Source of the DNA: Reclinomonas americana ATCC 50394
Lineage: Eukaryota
Length of the DNA stretch: 25,468 nucleotides
Reading direction: 5' to 3'
Assembly (NCBI GenBank): GCA_048213135.1
Contig: PS015058.1
Coordinates: 81,934-107,401, forward strand
The notes below the pieces were generated by a model, which was not told the DNA's origin, ran no database searches, and saw nothing but the letters and a program-made list of their open reading frames with translations. Of this stretch, positions 19,843 to 25,468 are shown in pieces. A program made the position numbers and the translations under genes. Position 1 is the first letter of the stretch. Every line of letters begins with the position of its first letter.

Positions 19843-21638
19843 TCATGGGCTCGAGTTTACAGTGTCATCACAAGCGACCGCTGGTGGTGCTGGCGGTGGT
19901 ATTGAGGGTGCTGTGGGATCTACAGCGTCAACCGTCGGCTCTGTTTTCACTGGATCGGCACTGGGCCGGTTCACCTTGGACTCCGACATGATCAGTTGCT
20001 CCAATTCGTCCTGCACGTGCGTGCACGAGGTGAGGGAGGCGCGGAAAGGATAAGCAACAAAACCTGACGATCGTACGCAACTCGCCACCCCACAAGTTCG
20101 GCGAGTCGGAGAAACACCGCGTCACAATCGCCAGGCACGAAGACCTGCGATGCCGTCGACGTTAAGTGAGGACAGTGCAGTTCGACATGGCAGTGGTGGT
20201 GCAGCACGCAACATCCCGAAAGTTGGTGGCGCTGTCAAACGTGAACCACTGCCAGCCATCAAAGAGCTCGGCACCGGGACGGCGCGGCATGCCCACACGT
20301 TGCCGATTGACCAGCAGGCGTGGGATGCATGGGTGTGTCTTGTTGTCAAGTGAAGTGAGGAGAAGGAGAGGAAAGGAGGACAAAAGCAACAACAGAACGG
20401 CAACAATAACAAGAGGAAGATACGAAACGAGGTGGATGAGGTGAGAGAACGGCTTGACTTGCAGCGAGGTGCCGGCCACAATTACGAGGTCCGCCGACTG
20501 GAAATCCTGTCACCGTTGATGAGACTGGATTTGTCAAGCATGAAAAGAATACTGCGCTCTCTCACTGCACCGACTCGCGCAGCTCGAAGAAGCGACTCGG
20601 CATCGCTTCTCCAAACAACACCACATCCGGTCGCACCACACCCGAGCGACACTGGCCGCACCGATCTGTAGGAGCTCTCAGAATCCATTTTCGTTCTCTC
20701 GTGGCGTTGACTGCATCACGCAACAGACTGTGCCGGCCATGGCCGCGTCTGCGGTGGCGACGTGCACTGTGAGAAGAAAGAGAGAAAGGACCACACATGC
20801 AACACACAACGATCGTACCAAGCATCGGTTGATAATCAGCTGGTCGCCGGCAGCGAAAGCACGACGCCGTAGCCATGCTTCCGTGTGCTTCGATTAACAG
20901 CTCTGGCCGAATGCCTGCATACGGTCTTTGTAGCGAGAGGGAAAACAAGGTAACGAAGCACACAAGGCAGCACCTGCTCGGCGCTCCAACCCATCCACTG
21001 CGACATATGCATAAGTACACAGCAGCTGCAAATCACTTGGCACGACAACGACACACCTTGCTGTGTGAACACTCTGCGTGCATGAAGAAGGACGAGGAGT
21101 GAGCGCATTCATGCAGTAAGCAAGCCACTGCCACGAATGCACAAACCGATGCAACATGCCCTTGTCTTGCAGCAGACGGAAGAAAAAGTGGGATGGACTG
21201 GGTCGAACATCTTGCCCTCCCACCTCGCGCAGCATGTCGTAGATGGGTGTCGGATCCTGTCGAAAGTACCTGCAGGTACGATGTGAGAGCGTGCTGGAGT
21301 CAATCAGTGATTCTACATAAGAACGAACTCGGCAGAGAAGAGTATCTGCGGATCGCCAACTTCCGGGTACCGTTCTGCACAAAACACATCACTCAAACAA
21401 TTACCCACAGTGCTGGTCCCTTGCGCAATCCATCATCTCACCAGCGAGGACTTCGTAGAGTCCACCGGGAGAGCGGAAATCGCGGATCCTGTTGTCGACA
21501 TGATGATGAGGCACATGCGTATGAGAGAGAGAGAGAGAGAGAGGCATCCTGCCACACAGACGCACCCGCATGAGGTGGAGATGCCTGCGCCACAGGCAAT
21601 CACCACTCGACGAACTGTGAAAGTGTGAGAGAAGTACG

Positions 21639-21676
<38 letters not shown>

Positions 21677-21874
21677 ACAACTGCGACCAGCCACAATGGC
21701 CTCGGCAATGCCCTCGAGTGTCACATTGCCTTGCAGATAGAACGATTCTTGAGCTCGACGATCGCTGACATGTGTGTCAAGTGTGAGAGAGAGTGACGCA
21801 GAGAGGAGAACGCACTGTCGTGTAAGAAGAGAACACCTGTGGGTGGAGTTGGCCAGCGGAAAGTCGGGGTTCAT
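19843..21874 (-). CDS. Class I (SIRT2/Hst2-like) NAD+-dependent deacylase (sirtuin), multi-exon
   Basis: Spliced motifs GAGISTSCGIRDFRSPGGLY, PSPSHFFFRLLQDKG, VFTQQVDGLERRAG, EAHGS..CFRC..CGQC, VRPDVVLFGE, GTSLQVKPF, PRLLVNR and RDVFVPGDCD..LAELVGWRDEL. The start at 21874 (MNPDFP) is inferred. Confidence 0.92.
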
Positions 21875-22162
21875 GGTAACGGCGCCTGAAGAGGGAAGGG
21901 AAGTGCGTCGGAAGTGCAGTGAGTTGTCCAATGCGTCCTCTGCGTCGCGAAGTCACTGTTTTTTTGAGGAGAACGACCATGAGTCTCCTAACGCTTTCCG
22001 TCTGTGTGGCTTCCTGTATCAGCTCTTCATCGAATTGCTTTGGCTGTCCACTCACTGCCCAGACTGCTGCTGTCTCCTCTACGTTCATTAATGGCAGCCA
22101 GCAGCAGCTGCAGATCAAGCATTGATCAATAAAACCCCCCTGAGAGACGTGCTCTCCCCTCT

Positions 22163-24684
22163 TCACGCCACCGGCTGCAGCAACTGCGGATTGCGATCCT
22201 CCAGCACCGCCACCTCCTGCGGCGAGAACTTGGCCCGCACCATGGCCGTCACGCGATCCCACTCCGGCTTGTCCTGAGCCCCGATGACGCTCTTGATGTT
22301 GTGCAGGTACTGCTCACGCTGCGGCGGCGGAAGGGTGACCAGCGTAAAGTGCAGCAGCTCGTCGCCAAACATCTCCGGATCCTGTCGGTAGATGCGCTCG
22401 TAGACCGGCGGCTGCGACGGCGGCGGATACACGCGCTGCGAGATTGCCATCAGGTTCGTCTCCTCCCACGCGAAGTGCTCGATGGTGCTTGTCTTGATCT
22501 TGGCCAGCTCCTGGCGCACACGCTCCACGTGCTCGCGACGCTCATCTGAGCCGGCGGCCGTCGCCGCAGTGCGCTCCAACAACGGCGCCAGTTGCATCAG
22601 CGACGAATGCTCGTCCTCCATCTCGTGGTGATCGGTGGTGGCCTGCGAAGTGCAGTTCGGTGCATCGGCCAGCATCAATGGATACATGACCAGCTCCTCC
22701 ATGCGGCTGTGGTAGATGGCGGCGGCGACGAACTTGCGCCACACATCGCGCAGATCGGCCAGCGCCGCATCCTCGGTGATGAGATGCTCGTTGTTGCCCA
22801 TGTCCACCAGTCGGTTGACCCAGCCACGCAGCGACACATGCTGCAAGACGTTGGAGCTCAGCGGCGGCAAGTACGGCACCGCGTTCTTGATGTTGCGCCG
22901 CAGCTGCGCCTCGGTGATGCCGGCTGCCTCGTAGAATGGCACCATGTAGTCGTGCGCCATGGTGGCGTAACGGTGCAGACGATCAAGCGATGCTGGCACG
23001 GTGAGGTTGCGCACCCACACGATGATCGGCAAGCGCGCCAACGTCGGAATCAGCAGAGCGTCGGCCATTGTAAAGTGCTGTCCGAAAGCAAAGCCTTCCG
23101 GCGCCACCTTGGCGTCGATCTCTCGGAATGCCGCCTGCAGCTTTGGCACGAACTCGGCCTATGGAGACACCGAGGGGTGTGTGAGAGGAGGGAAGAATTC
23201 AAAGTGGCACATGTCACACACACACACACACACCTGCATGCCGCTGGCCATCATGGTCTTACCCCAGGCCGGCGTAAAGTCGTTGTTGATAAACTGCACA
23301 AACTCCGTCAGCTCGCCCGCAGGCACATCGGCCGGGCGAAGTGACGGCTGCGGGAACGTGCGCTCCATCCACTCGAGCATCTCGCCGCTGTCGCCCAGCA
23401 TAGTGCCGTCGCGAGCCACCAGGAACGGCACGCTCTTGCTGGGATTGGCTGCGGCGTACCACGGCTCGGTGAGGGCGGTGCCCGAGTCGCGCGCGTCGAC
23501 GAGCAGGCCCTTGAACTTGGCCGCCACCAGCACGCGATACGAGAACATGCACATCTTGGTGGTGAACAGCACAAAGGCGCATCCGTCGGCCGGAACCACC
23601 GGTGCGTGGACAGCCTGCTCCACCGCCTGCTGCGCCTGCTGCTGAGCCGCGTGGGAGGCATCCTGCGCGTGCTGCTGGGCCGAGGCCTGTGCCTGCTGTG
23701 CCTGCTGTTGAGCCGCGTGGGAGGCGTCCTGCGCGTGCTGCTGAGCAGAGGNNNNNNNNNNNNNNNNNNNNNNNNNNNNNNNNNNNNNNNNNNNNNNNNN
23801 NNNNNNNNNNNNNNNNNNNNNNNNNNNNNNNNNNNNNNNNNNNNNNNNNNNNNNNNNNNNNNNNNNNNNNNNNNNNNNNNNNNNNNNNNNNNNNNNNNNN
23901 NNNNNNNNNNNNNNNNNNNNNNNNNNNNNNNNNNNNNNNNNNNNNNNNNNNNNNNNNNNNNNNNNNNNNNNNNNNNNNNNNNNNNNNNNNNNNNNNNNNN
24001 NNNNNNNNNNNNNNNNNNNNNNNNNNNNNNNNNNNNNNNNNNNNNNNNNNNNNNNNNNNNNNNNNNNNNNNNNNNNNNNNNNNNNNNNNNNNNNNNNNNN
24101 NNNNNNNNNNNNNNNNNNNNNNNNNNNNNNNNNNNNNNNNNNNNNNNNNNNNNNNNNNNNNNNNNNNNNNNNNNNNNNNNNNNNNNNNNNNNNNNNNNNN
24201 NNNNNNNNNNNNNNNNNNNNNNNNNNNNNNNNNNNNNNNNNNNNNNNNNNNNNNNNNNNNNNNNNNNNNNNNNNNNNNNNNNNNNNNNNNNNNNNNNNNN
24301 NNGGCCGAGGCTTGTGCCTGCTGTGCCTGCTGTTGAGCCGCGTGGGAGGCGTCCTGCGCGTGCTGCTGAGCAGAGGCCTGCGCAGAGTGCGCAGCATCCT
24401 GCGCCTGCTGCTGAGCTGAGTTCGCAGCATCAGTGACTGTGTAGGTCGCTGATCGCTGCACCGAGCCCGCTTGCTCCTCTGCCTGCTTGGTCACCGACTG
24501 CGCAGCCGTCTGTGCGTCGTGCGCAGCTGACTTCCCAGCGGCTTCCGCCTCCGCAGCGACTCTATCGGCGATAGATTCTAACACACGCGCACACGCACAC
24601 AGCAGTTAATAATGTGCGCTACAAGCAACTAATCACACGGACGAACGCTACGAAACGCGATTGCTTTGAGTGAGCGCACCCCAT
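22163..24684 (-). CDS. N-acylated (MGC) repeat-containing glutathione S-transferase-hemerythrin fusion protein (spans the assembly gap)
   Basis: Exon 1 24684-24657 (MGCAHSKQS), intron 24656-24578. A/Q/H repeats follow. GST-N: CMFSYRV...NPSKSVPFL...LGDSGEMLEWMERTFP. GST-C: FAFGQHFTMADALLIP. Hemerythrin/HHE: QHVSLR, YHSRMEELVMYP, DHHEME, EHFAWEE. Intron 23233-23159. Confidence 0.85.
23630..24430 (-). repeat. Coding 66-bp (22-aa) tandem repeat AQQHAQDASHAAQQQAQQAQAS, unresolved across the gap
   Basis: Near-identical units flank both sides of the N run. Confidence 0.85.
23752..24302. other. Assembly gap (N run) inside the tandem repeat
   Basis: 551 Ns. Confidence 1.
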
Positions 24685-24987
24685 TTTTGCGTTTGTTTGT
24701 TGATGGTGGAGTTGATGAGTGACGCAATGCGCAGGTCCTGCACCCGATGCATTGACGTCGAGTGCAATTGCGCAATACTTGGCGACTTCGAACAGAGAAT
24801 GACCGGAACTTACACACCCACGTTCGCCCTCTTAGTTGTAGCTGGAAAGGTGGCCCTGCTTAACCTTCATTGTCTGCGAGTGATGCAGACGTCGCGTCCG
24901 CTTCGGTATTGTACGCGAATACAAGCGAAATTCATTATTGTTGTATAACCATCATTATTGCTTCCTCTAGACCACCCGACTGTGGAT

Positions 24988-25452
24988 TCAGCAGCGGCCA
25001 CCGCGCAGACGGAGCACCAGGTGAATGGTGGCCTCCTTGGTGATGTTGTAGTCGCCGAGAGTGCGTGCGTCGTCCAGCTGCTTGCCGGCGTAGATCAGGC
25101 GCTGCTGGTCGGCGGGAATGCCCTCCTTGTTGCGGATGAGCTCCTTGAAGGCCTCGACAGTGGTGGTCGGCTCGGCGTCGAGGGTGATGGTCTTGCCGGT
25201 GAGGGTCTTGACGAAGATCTGCATGCCACCGCGCAGGCGGAGCACCAGGTGAATGGTGGCCTCCTTGGTGATGTTGTAGTCACCGAGCGTGCGGGCGTCG
25301 TCCAGCTGCTTGCCGGCGTAGATCAGGCGCTGCTGGTCGGCCGGAATGCCCTCCTTGTTGCGGATGAGCTCCTTGAAGGCCTCGACGGTGGTGGTCGGCT
25401 CAGCGTCGAGCGTGATGGTCTTGCCGGTGAGTGTCTTGACGAAGATCTGCAT
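24988..25452 (-). CDS. Divergent di-ubiquitin precursor (2 x 76 aa + RC tail), intronless
   Basis: Two units identical in protein, [11 protein letters not shown]...LRLRGG, differing only at synonymous sites. Each has 19/76 differences from canonical ubiquitin. Confidence 0.95.
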   Translation of the reverse strand: MQIFVKTLTGKTITLDAEPTTTVEAFKELIRNKEGIPADQQRLIYAGKQLDDARTLGDYNITKEATIHLVLRLRGGMQIFVKTLTGKTITLDAEPTTTVEAFKELIRNKEGIPADQQRLIYAGKQLDDARTLGDYNITKEATIHLVLRLRGGRC

Positions 25453-25468
25453 GATTGTTGTTGTTGTT

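Noticed and set aside
2149-20724. Non-canonical TT or GC donors as the explanation for the GTTGCG sites
   Set aside because: A G|TTGCG cut breaks the frame or creates stops with the available AG acceptors. The GTT|GCG alternative keeps frame but lacks the AG|GC context and adds a residue inside conserved motifs. The GT donor fits best, pending RNA evidence.
21875-22088. Upstream ATG (22088, MNVEET...) as the sirtuin start
   Set aside because: I found no convincing splice path into the sirtuin frame. The ATG at 21874 joins directly through AG|GTGTTC...CAG.
25215-25235. Rhizarian-type amino-acid insertion at the polyubiquitin monomer junction
   Set aside because: The junction reads LRGG-MQIF with no insertion, so it gives no support for Cercozoa/Foraminifera.
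1023-25452. Prokaryote-style defence island (STAND + Sir2 + ubiquitin-like + CAP)
   Set aside because: The DNA is eukaryotic with spliceosomal introns. The sirtuin is a Zn-binding class I deacylase type, not a ThsA/DSR-type NADase, and the genes are interspersed with unrelated ones. The ubiquitin theme may be coincidental, and there is no evidence of functional clustering.

Overview
Gene-dense, GC-rich, intron-rich eukaryotic (protist-like) DNA with many 60-90 nt spliceosomal introns, CA/GA/GTT microsatellites and one assembly gap (23752-24302). The ORF track fragments almost every gene, so I rebuilt exon chains by hand from splice sites and reading frame. From left to right: (1) the 3' end of a Pro/Ala/Ser repeat protein (+); (2) a very large minus-strand gene (8205->1023) combining a polyQ/polyA N-terminus, a duplicated beta-rich domain, a basic NLS-like patch, ankyrin repeats, an internal HECT-like domain lacking the catalytic Cys, and an NB-ARC/STAND NTPase; (3) a probable 66-aa four-exon microprotein gene; (4) an intronless WD40 gene; (5) an AUR1-type IPC synthase; (6) a long coiled-coil gene; (7) a CUE + SIM + bacterial-type CAP gene; (8) a SIRT2/Hst2-class sirtuin with TQQVD in place of TQNID; (9) an MGC-acylated repeat-GST-hemerythrin fusion; (10) a divergent di-ubiquitin. 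Two things stand out: the NLR-like ANK/pseudo-HECT/STAND architecture, and a very common one-base-shifted 5' splice-site class (GTTGCG/GTTTCG/GTTACG). Several of those donors are fixed in position by conserved protein motifs. All gene models and domain calls are by eye and need RNA-seq and HMM confirmation.
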